A program made the position numbers and the translations under genes. The notes beneath the pieces are model-generated. The model saw only the letters and a list, made by a program, of their open reading frames with translations. It had not been told where the DNA came from and did no database searches. A stretch of 64,000 nucleotides of DNA from Callorhinchus milii (taxonomy: Eukaryota). The stretch spans positions 7,938,001-8,002,000 of the forward strand of contig NW_024704743.1 in assembly GCF_018977255.1 (NCBI RefSeq), read 5' to 3'. Numbering within the stretch: the stretch's first letter is position 1; the number at the start of each line of letters is the position of its first letter. Positions 51,448 through 64,000 of this stretch are shown piece after piece.

Positions 51448-52112
51448 CTGAAAAAGGAGGGCAGGGGTGAGAAAGAAAAAAATGAGCAGTGGGCAACCCA
51501 TGTCACACAATCCAATCCAGGCAGCAGTGAGCTCCTTGTACTGTGGCAGAGCGCAGGAGCCTGGGGTATACCACCCTAAGCTGCTGAAATTAAACCGCAT
51601 CATTTGAAGGAAGTGAAGACCCACTCACTGGCTGTCCTGCTTCTCGAGGATATTGAGAAGCAAATGATCTGGAGAGCCTTTCTCTGCATTACTCTCGCTC
51701 TGAGATTCTGCGATGGAACAAAATCTCTCCTGCAGTGCAGGGTTAGTTAAAATCAACCTTTCAAGCCCTAAAATCTCACTGAGCTGTGCTTAGTGCAGAA
51801 CTCCATTTTATATCTAAGGCCATCAAACTCTCAGTTAAAAACAGAGCTGGGTAATGTCATGTGTTTTAAGCACAACGTTGGGAATTAGGAAACGCTGAAC
51901 TAGTAACATTTTAAAATGTACAAAGCGAGTCCTGGCCATTAACCAAGCATACACTGCATCATCACTACCTTTTCAACAACATAAGTTACCACCTTGGCTT
52001 AGTTTCTCAGGAGATTGTGAGGAGATCTGAAAGCCGAAGGAACAGAGCCTCTTCTACACAGGAAGTGGGATAAAACTTATCCTTCACGCAAATGTCCTGC
52101 CCACACATTCAC

Positions 52113-52159
52113 CTGGGACATTCTTGGCCGGAACTTGCAAGCCAGGAGGCTGTAGGAGC
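52113..52159 (-). other. Candidate 47-nt exon (coding LLQPPGLQVPAKNVP, or UTR)
   Basis: Pyrimidine-rich upstream tract with cccag| acceptor and CAG|gtgaat donor. Open in all three frames, and one frame ends in phase 1. Confidence 0.4.
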
Positions 52160-52706
52160 CTGGGAACGTTCAACACCAAGACAACAATAACAACAGAGAG
52201 AGAGCAGAGGGAATAGCACAGGAAATAGGAATGTAACCCTTTCATACCATAAACATAACAAATAGTTTCGCCAGCGCAAAGGCTTCAATAACAGTTGGAG
52301 ACGGTTATGAAATGCAAAGAAACACACGTGCAAACTGCGAAACAGTGAGTTGAGAAAGAGAGAGAAGCCTTTCTGTTTTATGTTAAAAATTCACAACCTG
52401 GAAACCTTGTAAAATAAGTGTAATAAGTACTTAAAATCTCTTTAAGAATACACCCATGCCCTGCTATTAAAATTCGCTCCTATTTTCATCATAAACAGTT
52501 TCGTCCACAAAATACAGTTACTACACTTTACATTATATTCTGTCAATAGTATATTCTTTATATATACACTTTACAGTATATTCTGTTGAGACGTCTCAAA
52601 GACATGATGCAAGAATTATTATAAACCAACCGCCCATGAAACACACAGTTAACTCTGAAGTAAATTCTGTGAAGCGCTCTGAGATATCCTCTCGACATGC
52701 AAGACG

Positions 52707-52913
52707 TTTCTTGCCAACCTGCACCTAATACTTTCCAGAATTAAGTAAGCAGGATGTGTCCCTCCAGGGAGAGAGTGCTCATTCCATTTCAGCAAACTAT
52801 CTCTGGAATTTCTATGCGTAGGTGGGATGCATGGAATTCTCAGCTTGGTTTGGATACTCTTAAGCACGGTGATGGGTTTCTGCATCTGTCAAACATCCGG
52901 CTGACCCCCAAAA
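52707..52913 (+). mobile_element. Family X 3' fragment inserted in a SINE tail
   Basis: Ends CATCCGGCTGACCCCCAAAAA, and the SINE tail resumes TATCAAACGCAAG. Confidence 0.75.
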
Positions 52914-54839
52914 ATATCAAACGCAAGAAATTTTAATTTTTTAAAATTAAATTCCATCCAAAATTTCTCGATAAGTTCGAGTGTAGTCGGTTATCCGAAA
53001 CACCTGGTCAGCAGCAGTTTTGAGATCCACATTTAAAGTTAGATGTACAAAAGAAAAAAAAACACAAGGAGGTTAACAAAAACTATTCTTGAAAAGGATC
53101 AAGCCCTTCAGTTGAATTGTTCCTTTCTTAGCCAGCATTTCCTGTTAACATTTGTTGGTGTGAGGAAGAGGAAGACATCAGCCCAGATGTAGGATGGTTA
53201 CTCAGTATGGAGTCAGACTGAACAGGTCACCTCATTGTAGTCACACTTCCATGAACTGCATCTAGCAACTGCTTGAAAGTATTACACTTGCGGAAAGTAG
53301 AGTAATTTGGCACGACTGCCAAACAGCGATCATTCTTAGCTTTATTGTACTTCTCAGTTACAAACACTTACTGCATTATTCTGAAATGAAAATGCGTTTA
53401 AAGTACACCGTTTGCCACATGTGCTTATCTTTCTATTTTGAGGCCATGAAATCCACAGCACACAAGATACCTTTACTGAACCATTATTTCTACTTTGTAC
53501 TTTGAAAGCATGGCACTGTTCAAAAAGAGAAGGGAGTTTCTCCTAGTATCTTGGCCAACAATCCTCCAGATAAAAAAATAATGATCATTGATCATGGCAG
53601 TTTGTGGGACATTACTGTGTGCAAATTGGCTATCGTATTTGCCTATAAAATATATAGTCACTACACATTACAGTAACTTAAGTGCTCCGAGACGCTAGCC
53701 TGCGTGAAGGATGCTATAAAAATACACATTGTTGTTGTAAACCTGTGAAACGCTTTGAGAGGTCTTTGAAATGTGACACACACTATATCAAACGCAAGAG
53801 TTTTTTTTATTTTTTAAACTCCATCCAAGATTTCTCAATAAATTTGAGTTACTCGTTACCGATTTATTCCAAAACACCTGGTCGGCAGCAGTTTTGAGAC
53901 CCACATCTGAAGTTAAATGTACAAAAAGAAGAAAAAAACAGGGAGGTTAACAAAAAACAATTCCTTAAACTCCTTAAAATGAATCAAACCCTTCACTTGA
54001 ATTTTCTTGGCACTTCCTATCAATACTGGGTAAATACACATTCTCCCCTTGACATACAAGGATTTTCTAAAGATATTACCCCGTACCACATCTGGTTGGC
54101 ATGAATGACAATAACAATCTTTGCATTTGTTATAACGTCTTATCACGTCTTCGAGACATCTTAAAGCGCTTCACAGAATATATTGTAAAGTGAATTAACA
54201 AAACAATTAACAATTAGCAAAACAAAGCAGCCAATTGTAGATTGAGTGACCACATTTTTGTTTGGGAGGAATTATTACACCTAGAAAAGCGATCCGCCAA
54301 TCGACTGACAACCGGGTTCCTATTTACTGCTGGGTAAACAGAGACTTGTGGAGTAAGGAAACTTGCTCAACGTTTCGCCCTGCCCACAATAACTTATACA
54401 TGTTAAATACATATTTAAATATTGTTTTATCTAACCAACATCACAGGAAACCAATGCATTGCAAGAAAGAGCAGCAGAGCATAGGTTTGAAGCCAGAGGC
54501 CTCCCCCCCCCACACCGGCTTTCTGATGAAGAACAGAAGAACACAGGAATCTACAGGACTGGAAAGACCACTGAGGTCCAACCAAGCCTGCTCCAAAGTA
54601 TAAAAGACACAACACTCTTACTTGACTCTCTCTCGTTCCTGTAGGGTGACCACTCGGCTCTGTTGGTAGCACTCTCAGAGGTTGTGAGTTCAAGCCCAAC
54701 ATGAGTATTTTGAGCTTGTGGTCTAGGCTAATACTGGGCAAGTCAAGTGCTGATTGTCAGAGGTGCCACTGTCCCAACCTCTTGCGCCCACCTTCCGACT
54801 GCTCCACACCTGCCTCTAAACCACCCCCTGCTCTAACAC

Positions 54840-55055
54840 CAACAACACCTTGCATTTATTTAGAGCTGCCCAAGGCCGAGCCGGGGGGAGGTCACAGTTA
54901 GGCACTGTCGAAGAGGAAGGTCTTCAGGCACGACCTGAAGATGGGGAAGGAGGGGGCAAGGCAGAGAGATAGAGTGTGAATGTTCCAGAGTTTCGGGGTG
55001 TAGTGGCTGAAAGTGCAGCCACCAATGGTAAAGGGAGGGCACGAGGGACAAGCCA
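54840..55055 (-). mobile_element. L2 3' fragment
   Basis: TIGGCTFSHYTPKLWN...LKTFLFD. Confidence 0.8.
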
Positions 55056-55488
55056 CATTCCCAGCCACTTCCTCCCCACTTCCTGACCTTAATTTCGCTC
55101 CCAACCTCCTGGCCTCTTCCCCACCCCCACCCCCACCCCCATTCTTTACCACCTCTCAGCCTCTTCACGATTCCCTCCTCTCCTGCCCAGCCTTCCCCAA
55201 CCCTTTTGCTACAGTCACCTCAGTGCAGTTTCAAAACTTTAAGCCCCGCAGATTCCTTAAAAGGAGAAATTTTAAGTAATATGGGTGATTCCATGGTTCT
55301 TCAAAAAAAACCTTGTGCGTTTAGAGCAGGCTTGACACCAAGTTTTAAAAATGAACTTTTTCCAAAAAAAATTACAAATGGCTTAAACAGGATAAGTTTT
55401 ATCTAAGTATTTACTTTGGTTAATTTGCGCATTATGCAATGCTGCTCATTTAATTACAGTACAGTATATCCTCAGTTGTAGGATATAC

Positions 55489-55810
55489 TGGAGTCGTGTA
55501 GCTCAGTGGTTAGATCACTCGCCTCGCAAGCGAGAGACCTGGGTTCGATTCCCGGCAGCATGAAATGTTGGACAATTTTCGTTATTCCACACGCCTGATT
55601 GTAATCCCTCAAGTAAAAAAGCAATAATAAGTTGGTCACTTCAATCCACGACTGTTTGTGGGACACTGCTGTGCGCTAATAGTTGCTACATTTCGCCCAC
55701 AAGTATACAGTCAATTCACTTTACAGTATATTCTGTGAACCACTTTGAGACATCTAGGAGAATTGAAAAGCGCGATATCAAATGCAAGGATTATTATTAT
55801 TTTTATTATT
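55489..55810 (+). mobile_element. tRNA-Ala-like SINE
   Basis: TAGCTCAGTGG, CTCGC-CTCGCAA-GCGAG, GGTTCGATTCCC and the shared tail. Confidence 0.85.
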
Positions 55811-58800
55811 ATCAACTCAGGACTTGAGCCAAGGTCACAAGATTTCCTGTGGATACTAAAAGCTGCGAACTTCAAAGGAAACGTGGGGCTAAAAGAGTTG
55901 TACAGTTTGAGGAAGTTGTGGTGGGGGAAGAAGTGTAGGAAGAAAGGGAAAGGGCTAATGCAAGCAAGTCTGAATAGATTGGCTTTCAAAATATCATCGC
56001 TACAGTACTTCAGCAGCTCCATATGGCACAAATGCAGCAATTCGACACAACTGGGGAAGTCAAACAATTTTCAGATCTGATACTTTCAGTGGAGATACAA
56101 GAGCTTCCAGATTCCAGTCAAACAGCTGCTTGTTATTATCCAGTTAAAGGTTCACAGGAAGAGACAAATCATTTAGTACTGACAAGAACACCTTTAAAAC
56201 CTTCACTTTTTCCCTCAAACACTCCAAGGTGATACAGTACATTGCTCCAGTGCTATCCTGGAAGCGCACTTTACTCGCATGCCAAGGTCAAACCAATATC
56301 TTGCACGATTTGAGAAGGGAAAAATGTGAAAAAAAGTTGCCAACACGAGCGCAAGTAGAACAGGAAGCAGCACTAAAAGTTCTGTACTGGCCATGAAGAC
56401 ACATGGCAGCGTCCACGCAGGGTTATGCTGTATAAATCTTGGCACATGTGATCCTAACTGATCAACACCTTCACAAAGGTATTCGTGAACAATGGTAGCC
56501 TGGTAGGCTGTAGATTCTCAGTTTGGTTACAGACTTTTGGACCCAAACCTGTGCGGTTGAAAGGAGTCTCCAAAACAGTTACAGATGTTCATACTATCTG
56601 ATTTGAAAGTACATCGAAATCATGTGCTCTCTGAGGACTTCCTGCAATCTCTCATATGAAATGACTTGTTGTGCAATGGACTTATTTCGCAGTTCACTGC
56701 AAGTCCGCACAGCATTTGTGACATTCAGCTAAGCCAAGCCATCACACAGGCCAACCTACTACAGCGAAGAACACGGAAGAAAAACATTCCACCCCATGCT
56801 CCTTAGTCACTCCCAGGTCAGTGAGGAAACCAAAGTCACACAGCTTTCTGTTACTTTACTACACAAACAATGGAAGACAGAAATAAGCTGTGTGAATGCC
56901 CATGTTATAACAGTGTTTCCCTATACTTAGATATGAAAGGAACTTCTCCGGGTGCTCTGGGCAACATCCTCTAGATAATGTAGAGTGATATGGTACTGAA
57001 ACACTCCATTCAACCCAACCAGTCCGTGATTTGGCAAAATTCATCTGTGGGACTGCGCTGGCACAAAATAAAACATGCTATAAAAATGTGCTATAAAATA
57101 CAAGTACTTTGTGTAAATAATATTGGATTTTAAAAGAAAAGAAAGGTGAATAAATCATATTTGCTACATAACCAGATGGATCATAAAATAATTTCTGAGA
57201 TTTTGCAATTTGACTCTGCCACGCTCAACTTTGTTGATGAGAATGGCCAAGGCACAAAAGTGGTGGTGTCTATGGAAACAATTTGCAGTTGTATCAGGGC
57301 TGATGGAAAAGTAAGAACATATAAAATGCGCCATCAATAACCTCCAAAGGAAAAAGTTCCTTCCAAGAGTTTCAGATTCCTTTTTGTCATTCGACCTCAA
57401 AGTGCAATGCAAGCCACACTTCAATCCTCTTTGCTTTGCAGAAAATATAACATCCTGTAAAGTTCAACTTGAAATAATCAAACAAAATACAACCCTTCCT
57501 GCTCAGTAAGGTATTGTTTCTACACTGGCTTAAAATGACAACTCACGGCAGCACAGGCTGATTCCACTACACTAGTCCTGTCTGAAAATAACTTCAAAAA
57601 GGTTCCAGTGAACACAAGGGTAGACACTTTAGAGATAACTATAAGAAATACCAACAAAAGGATAACATGAGTGGGTTAGCATACATGAATGATCAAGCTC
57701 AATTCTGTAAAGATGTGTCTGGTTTAGAAGTAGTTGAGATAATAGGACATATTTTAAGAGTTGCAAAGGGCAATTTCAGAACAGACACCAGCACTTTTTT
57801 TTATTTAGAGGGTAATTAATGCCTGCGACAGATTGCCAGGAAGTGTAGTTGAAGTCAGCACATTTGACTCATTTAAGAATCAGCTGATGTTGTGATGGGA
57901 AGATGGGAAGGTGGGTATTCTGGAAAGATGAGATTAGATGGGTTGAAGGATCTTCTTCATCCATATTAATCTTGTGAACAGAATTCATAAGTGCTGGGAA
58001 TATCATTTAACAATGGTATGGTCCCTTTACATAACCCTTGCATTTGACATGTAAACCTTATCCCAGGCAAGAATCAGTCCTCAAAATGATTCAAGGTTTC
58101 TGCTTATATCTTCAATTCCGAAGAGCTGCAGGTACTTAATCAGACCTTTGCATCATCAGCTAACACAATAACTGAGAAATCTTTCCCAAATATACCAACC
58201 AAATTCTTACAGTCTAATGAGTTGATCAATTCATCAGATAATTCAACAGACCCAACCAGATATGATGAGATCATATTTTGCATTCAAGCCACCTCTTCAA
58301 TTGACATAATTGTGAAATGAGCAAACTCAGGATATACTCTCATTAGGGTGTGAAATTCTGTCTGTCACTGTTGTAGCCTGTTGCTGCCCTCCCAGATTCA
58401 ACAATGATACAACAACTTGCACCGTTCATATAGAAAGACCGTCTGAAAGAGCATCACAGAAACAATGGCAAACAGCAAGCGGGAGAGGTGAGGAAGGAGA
58501 ATCCAAAATTTTGAGCACATTCATGGTCAGAGACAGATAGGATTTTCAATGCAAGGAGGAAAAGATCAAAGTGAAGGGATCTATGGAGCGTATCCCAAGG
58601 AGACCTCCACTTACCTACCCCCAGATCACGCCCCACTTAAGGAGAATAGTGGTTGCCAATGCAATTTGTGAGCATGACTGTGTCAGCTTAGAGCAGGAGA
58701 GGATATGGACTACAAAGATGCATTATGGATTGGAACTAACCTGTTCCGACTATAATTGTACTGATAACAGTTTCTTCCTATGAAAACACAGATCGTATCA

Positions 58801-59176
58801 CCATCCTCGTTCCAGGTTGTTTTAATTTTCCTGAACTGGCTGGTTTATTCCATCAAGATGCGTCTTTTTGCTGCCAAACTTTATGCTTCCAATGCATTAA
58901 CTTGTATTTTGCATCTAGTTTGTTTGAAATAACCCCAATATGTTGCTTGGAAAATTATTCAAAACATTTATCACTCTATGTCATTTTTTTCCTGACATCT
59001 GTTACAAATTTACTTTACACTAATTTCCAAATATGTCCTGCGGCCCTACTTTCCTGGGTTGGCTTTGAAGTCATAGGCTGGTTTACCTTAGATATACACA
59101 ATAAGTATTTTATATACTTTGGTGAGGTCTACTCTGGATTGCTGTAGCTTTCTATTCTACTAGAAATAACATAAAG

Positions 59177-59530
59177 TGGAGTCCTGCAGCGTAGTGGTTA
59201 GAGCACTCGCCTCGTAAGCGAGAGGACCCGGGATTGGGATTCCCAAGTGGGGCGAAACCTTAGGCAAGTTTCCTTACTCCAGACGCCTCCGTTTACCTAG
59301 CAGTAAGTCGGTACCCAGTTGTTAGTCGATTGGTGGATCGGTTTCTGGGAGTAATAATCCCTTCAAAATAAATAAATAACAAATATTTGGTCACTCAATT
59401 TATGACTGTTTGTGGGACACTGCTGTGAGTAATTGGCTGCCACATTTTACTCACAAAATATACAGTCAATTCATTTTAAGGTATATGTTGTGAAGCGCTT
59501 TGAGACATAAGGATTATTATTATATTATTA
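59177..59530 (+). mobile_element. tRNA-derived SINE, long form
   Basis: Head, central GTTTACCTAGCAGTAAGTCGGTACCCAG domain, and tail. Confidence 0.85.
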
Positions 59531-59919
59531 TGAAAGATTCTAGGTTGTCTGCTTTAAGGCGATTCCCACCATCAATTTCAGCTACAAGTTTTCAAAGATG
59601 TCAAAGAAGTTAGTTTGTCAGATGTGACCTTCGCCCCACTGAATTCTTGTCTATCCTGTATATTACAATATTGTTATAAAGGTACTTCTCCAACTCTCCC
59701 CATAGAATTAATTGCATTGATTTAAAGGAGAACTAATGGGTCTGTAATTGTCTGGTTCAGTATTATCCTCAATACTCTGAGACGCTATCCTGCATGAAGG
59801 GTGCTTTATAAATGCAAGTTGTTAGCCTTTTTAAATTTCAGCATTTGCCTACTTCCAGTCTGACAAAACTTCCATATCATATGGGACAAAAGATTTTGTG
59901 GTCTTGAATTCCACTAACT

Positions 59920-60130
59920 GGTGTCAGCTTGGCTCAGTTGGTAGCACTCTCACTCTTGGATCAGAAATGTATGAGTTCAAGCTCCACACCTCACAGTCTA
60001 GGCTGACACTACGGTGCAATGCTTCATTGTCAGAGATGCCATCCTTCAGCTGAGATGTTTGAACCAAGGTGAAAATTAAAGATTCCATGGCACCTGTTCA
60101 AAAAGAGAAAGGAGTTTTGGTTGCCATATT
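59920..60130 (+). mobile_element. DeuSINE 5' part
   Basis: TTGGCTCAGTTGGTAGCACTCTC head and AAAGATTCCATGGCAC Deu remnant. Confidence 0.7.
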
Positions 60131-61834
60131 TGGCTATAACTATACAATTAACAATTACCTGCAAAGAACGTTGAGTAATAAGGGAGAGTTGAATTGAAAC
60201 TTGCAGAATTACTACCATTGCCATGTTACCGCATTGGTTTCAAGAGCCATGGGCCAGACTTAATAATAATCCTTGCATTTGATATAGCACCTTATCACAT
60301 CTTCGAGAGATCTCTGAGCGTTTCACAGAATACTGAAAAGTGAATTGACTGTATATTTAGCGAGCCGAACGCGGCAGCCAATTGCACACAGCAGTGTCCC
60401 ACAAACAGTCGTGGATTGAGTCATCAAGTTATTATTTCTTTCATAGCAGAAATTGACCTGCCTGAGGATTATTTCCACGAGGACAGCAAAACAGGTACTA
60501 AGGATTTGCTCAAGTGCCTGTAACCGTCAAACTGTTATGTAAATACGAGAGTGAGAGAAACCATTCTTAGACTTCTGTTTAGAGCGTGCCGCACTCCGTC
60601 CCTACCCACCCGGCATCAGATTTGATGGCGGATCATCAGGAAGGTGGATAATTGGGGTGAACCCTGTCACGTTTGGAGCTCCGAAAAACAATATTCTCCC
60701 AAGTTCACATTTTGATGAACCATTATTACTATTATTAACGAATTCCTGATTTATGTTTGGTCGGTTGACATTATTCATGATTATTGTCTTTACCCTTCTT
60801 ATCTCACATTATAACAGGTTAGTATCATATCCTGCCCTGGGATTCCATAGAGGACCCCCATTGTTAATACATCCCTTCACATACATGTTAACTCAAGCCA
60901 AATGTTGAATTACATACCACAGATACAGGTCTCCTTATTCCTTGAAAGTAGTTCAACCTACGCACGTAAGTAAATTGGATATCATCAAAACCCGGAGGAG
61001 GAGAGAAAGAAGTAAAAGCATTTACAAACTATTAGGCTGCTAGTCTGTGAACAATTTGGTGCCAATCACTACACCCTCCCTCCCATAATATACTGATCCT
61101 CATTCTGCAAGCGCAATTTTCAGAAGCTTAAGTTGATATTGTGCAAAGAAGGAATTTTAAGTACGTGCAAAAAAAATCAAAAGCTTCTGGAGACCTAGAT
61201 CTGAGAGAGAACTGAGGAGTAGGTGGAAAGGAAGTTTTATACTGTAGGTAGAGATGCTGAACTGACATAGAATGAGGAAGACCCTACCTATATAACTAAA
61301 ATCCTTCCTCATTTCTTGAATCTCCACATACAAATAAAATGTGTTAAATTATTTTTTTAAAAAAGCGTTAAAGCAATAGAACAGCTGATTTGCATCGAAC
61401 AATGCGATAAGGTGCTACATCAAATGCAAGGATCATTATTCACAACAACAACTTGTATTTATATAGCACCCTTCACGCAGGGGAGCTTCTCAGAATGCCT
61501 ATTTGCAAACAGCAGCAAGTGGGATCCGAGGAATGTTTGACAAATGTAGAACGTGGACACATTCCTGATCCAGTTGTTTTGAGTTCAGGTATATTTAACC
61601 CAAGAGGGAATCAGTAAAGAATAGTTATGAAGAAATATAAAACAACCAAATATCTACCAGTCAACCAGGTCAGACAGGATAAAACCCTTGAATCCTCAAG
61701 GAAATTCAGGAGGAAATAGGTTGACTCTAGTTATTATTTTTAAGGTGTTCCACAAACACTGGAGCTGTACCTGAGAACCAGCACACAGAAAATACTGAAA
61801 TAAAGCAGAGACACAAGCTTGACATTTTATTTAC

Positions 61835-63170
61835 TCATTGTCTCGGGATGTGGGCTACGCTGGCTTTTCTCCAGTATTTATTTCCATCCAAGTTGCCCTG
61901 AGAAAGTGGTGGTGGGGCTTCTCTTTACACCGCTAGTGCTATGAGAGATGATCTTATAAACTGACCCTAAATGGCTCCCGCAAAGGCATAATTCCTCGCA
62001 TTCAAGGCCTACCTCTGTGATCCGCTAACCCCATATCAACCTGTCCGCTCCCTCCGCTTAGCGGCCACCAGCATGCTCCACATCCCCCGCACAGCCCACC
62101 CCATCATCGGCAGTCGGGCCTTCAGCCTCTCTGCCCCACGCTTTGGAACGCCATCCCACATTCCCTTCACCTTGCTCCCTCCCTTGCCTCCTCCAAGGCA
62201 CGTCTCAAGACCCTCCTCTTCGAACACGCTTTCGGCCACCCTGCCTGATCCCAACCCCCCCCACCCTCCAACTCGGGTCCAAATTCCTGTTTGTCCAGCG
62301 CCTTGGGACATCCTCCCGATGTGAAAGGTGCTATGGAAATGTAATTTTGCATTGTATTTTGTATTGGAATAGGTAAGAGAGTTCCACGATCCTGACCAAG
62401 CAATGATGAAGGAACATGTCGAGGATGGCAAGTGACTTGCAGGTAGTCTTGCTCACATGACAGCACTGCTCTGTATGGTCGCTATCAAAACGAGGTTGGT
62501 GAGCTGCTGCAGCACACTCCATGAACAGCACACACTGTAGTTACAGTGCACATGTAGGGGAGGGAGTGGATGTTGATCTGAGTGGCTAGGGTGCAGATCA
62601 ATAGGTCTGCTCTCTTTCTGGCTGATGGAATAATGATAATACTATAATAATCCTTGCATTTGATACAGCGCCTTATCACGTCTTCTAAACGTCTCAAAAC
62701 GTTTCACAGAATATACTGTAAAGTGAATTGACTGTATATGTTGTGGGCGAAACACGGCAGCCAATTGCGCACAGCAGTGTCCCACAAACAGTCGTTTTTA
62801 TATTTATGTTTATTTTGAGATACGAGCATTATTGCAGCAGCACTCATCCAGGCAAGCGGCAAGTATTCCATCACACACCTGACATGACTCGCAGATGATG
62901 GAGAGACTTTGATGGGTTAAGAGGTGAGCCTTTGTCGTAGACTATGAAGCTTACAATTATATTTCCCTCCGAAATACAGTCGCTACACTTTACAGTAAAT
63001 CCTACGAAGCGCTTGAGACGTCTTCTATAGTGAAAGGCACTATATTAAATGCCAAGACTATTTTTATTCTAACAGTCTCCACCCTGCTCTTGTAGTTTTA
63101 TTTAGCTTGACCCAGTTACACTGCTTGTCAAAGGTTACACCCCAGGATGTTAATGGCGGAGGAGTTAACC
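61835..63170 (-). mobile_element. Old LINE (CR1/Jockey-group type) fragmented by an L2 (62036-62350, +) and SINE tails (62640-62795, 62960-63065)
   Basis: The minus strand gives NILGVTFD and VRCVMEYLPLAWMSA, typical of the ORF2 region C-terminal to the RT core. 3' end CCACCACCACTTTCTCAGGGCAACTTGGATGG..AATAAA. Confidence 0.6.
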
Positions 63171-63199
63171 TAACTTATGTAGTGAGAAAATGCTTGAGC

Positions 63200-63995
63200 G
63201 CATTATATGGCAAAAACCTGCAATTGATGCCAATCAAAAAGAGCACAGGGGCTGCAAAGTGTAAATAGGTACAGATGTAGGAGCAATAATCACACTACCT
63301 GAATCTACTGGAATTCTTTGAAGTAACTTCAGTTTGAAACCCTGGCAAATCAGGGATATTCAGTAGATAATTCATTTATTTGGATTTTCAGAAGGCATCT
63401 AGTACAGTTCTACAGGGGAACCTCAAAGAAGGTTAAATCTCGTGGAATTAATAACAAATTAGCTAGCTGGATCGAAAATTGGTTCAGTAATAGGAAGCAG
63501 AAGGCGATGATAAATAAAAAAAAGCTGAAATGGGATTGTGTGGGCAGCAGCTCACAGAGTCTCACAAACTCTCTTACTGGGTTTCCTGCTGCTCACGGTA
63601 TCATTAATAATTCAGGATGAGACCAAGCCTCGGATAATAAATTTTCCATCATTCTAATAATTCCATGTCAATAATGGGAGGTCAAATAACATTCAAAGTA
63701 ATCTGGACCAAGTACTTAGGCCAAATAATGAATGATGAATATTAATAAGGATAATGAAGTGATGTCTCATTGGAATGGGAAACTGTAAACATGTATACAT
63801 GTTGCAAGGAGTGGCGAAGCAGGAAAGGGATCTGGATGCAATTACATATTCACTGAAGGTTTCCACTCAAAGGTGATTGACAGATCACTATTAACAAACA
63901 AAAGCTATTAACAAAGCTAAATTAAATACTGGGGTGCATCTCAAGTGTATGTGACTAAAAACAGAAGTTTGGGAACATTGTGGATTTTTAAAATC
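63200..63995 (+). mobile_element. Highly decayed CR1 RT fragment
   Basis: CTACTGGAATTCTTTGA (LLEFFE), TTGGATTTTCAGAAGGCA (LDFQKA) and WIENWFSNRKQK motifs. Confidence 0.7.
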
Positions 63996-64000
63996 AGGGA

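Overview
This is vertebrate genomic DNA, most likely from a cartilaginous fish. That assignment is an inference from the L2 + CR1 + DeuSINE/tRNA-SINE repertoire, and a holocephalan is plausible. The window is mostly long introns of one unidentified protein-coding gene on the minus strand. Three exons with canonical AG/GT ends are phase-compatible (21168-21080, 17213-17116, 4084-3999) and splice into ...(x)EGQISMTEDPNGSSKESEEEFLKKDTVFQ|DLKLPKDDSGVREHSRMCPDELGERVLLQNEIK|REVDYVDDGKKQNCEEMQDSTNESSKLP..., an acidic, probably disordered region. Weaker candidate upstream exons lie near 51.2-52.2 kb. The rest is decayed and nested retroelements: L2 and CR1 LINEs, DeuSINEs and a tRNA-Ala-like SINE with an L2-type tail. 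There is also a ~620-bp A-tailed family I cannot classify (8 loci), a C-rich minisatellite and a complex GT repeat. The longer ORFs in the track are mostly LINE fragments, antisense shadows or repeat artefacts. I see no prokaryotic systems, CRISPR arrays or true tRNA/rRNA genes. The most notable oddities are a 44-bp fold-back hairpin made from a Deu-domain (24720-24820), the unclassified A-tailed family, a compensated LINE/SINE 3' stem-loop, three insertions at that same stem-loop, and an octamer/ETS/AP-1/FOX motif cluster at 14.7-15.2 kb. Repeat boundaries were read by eye and are approximate.
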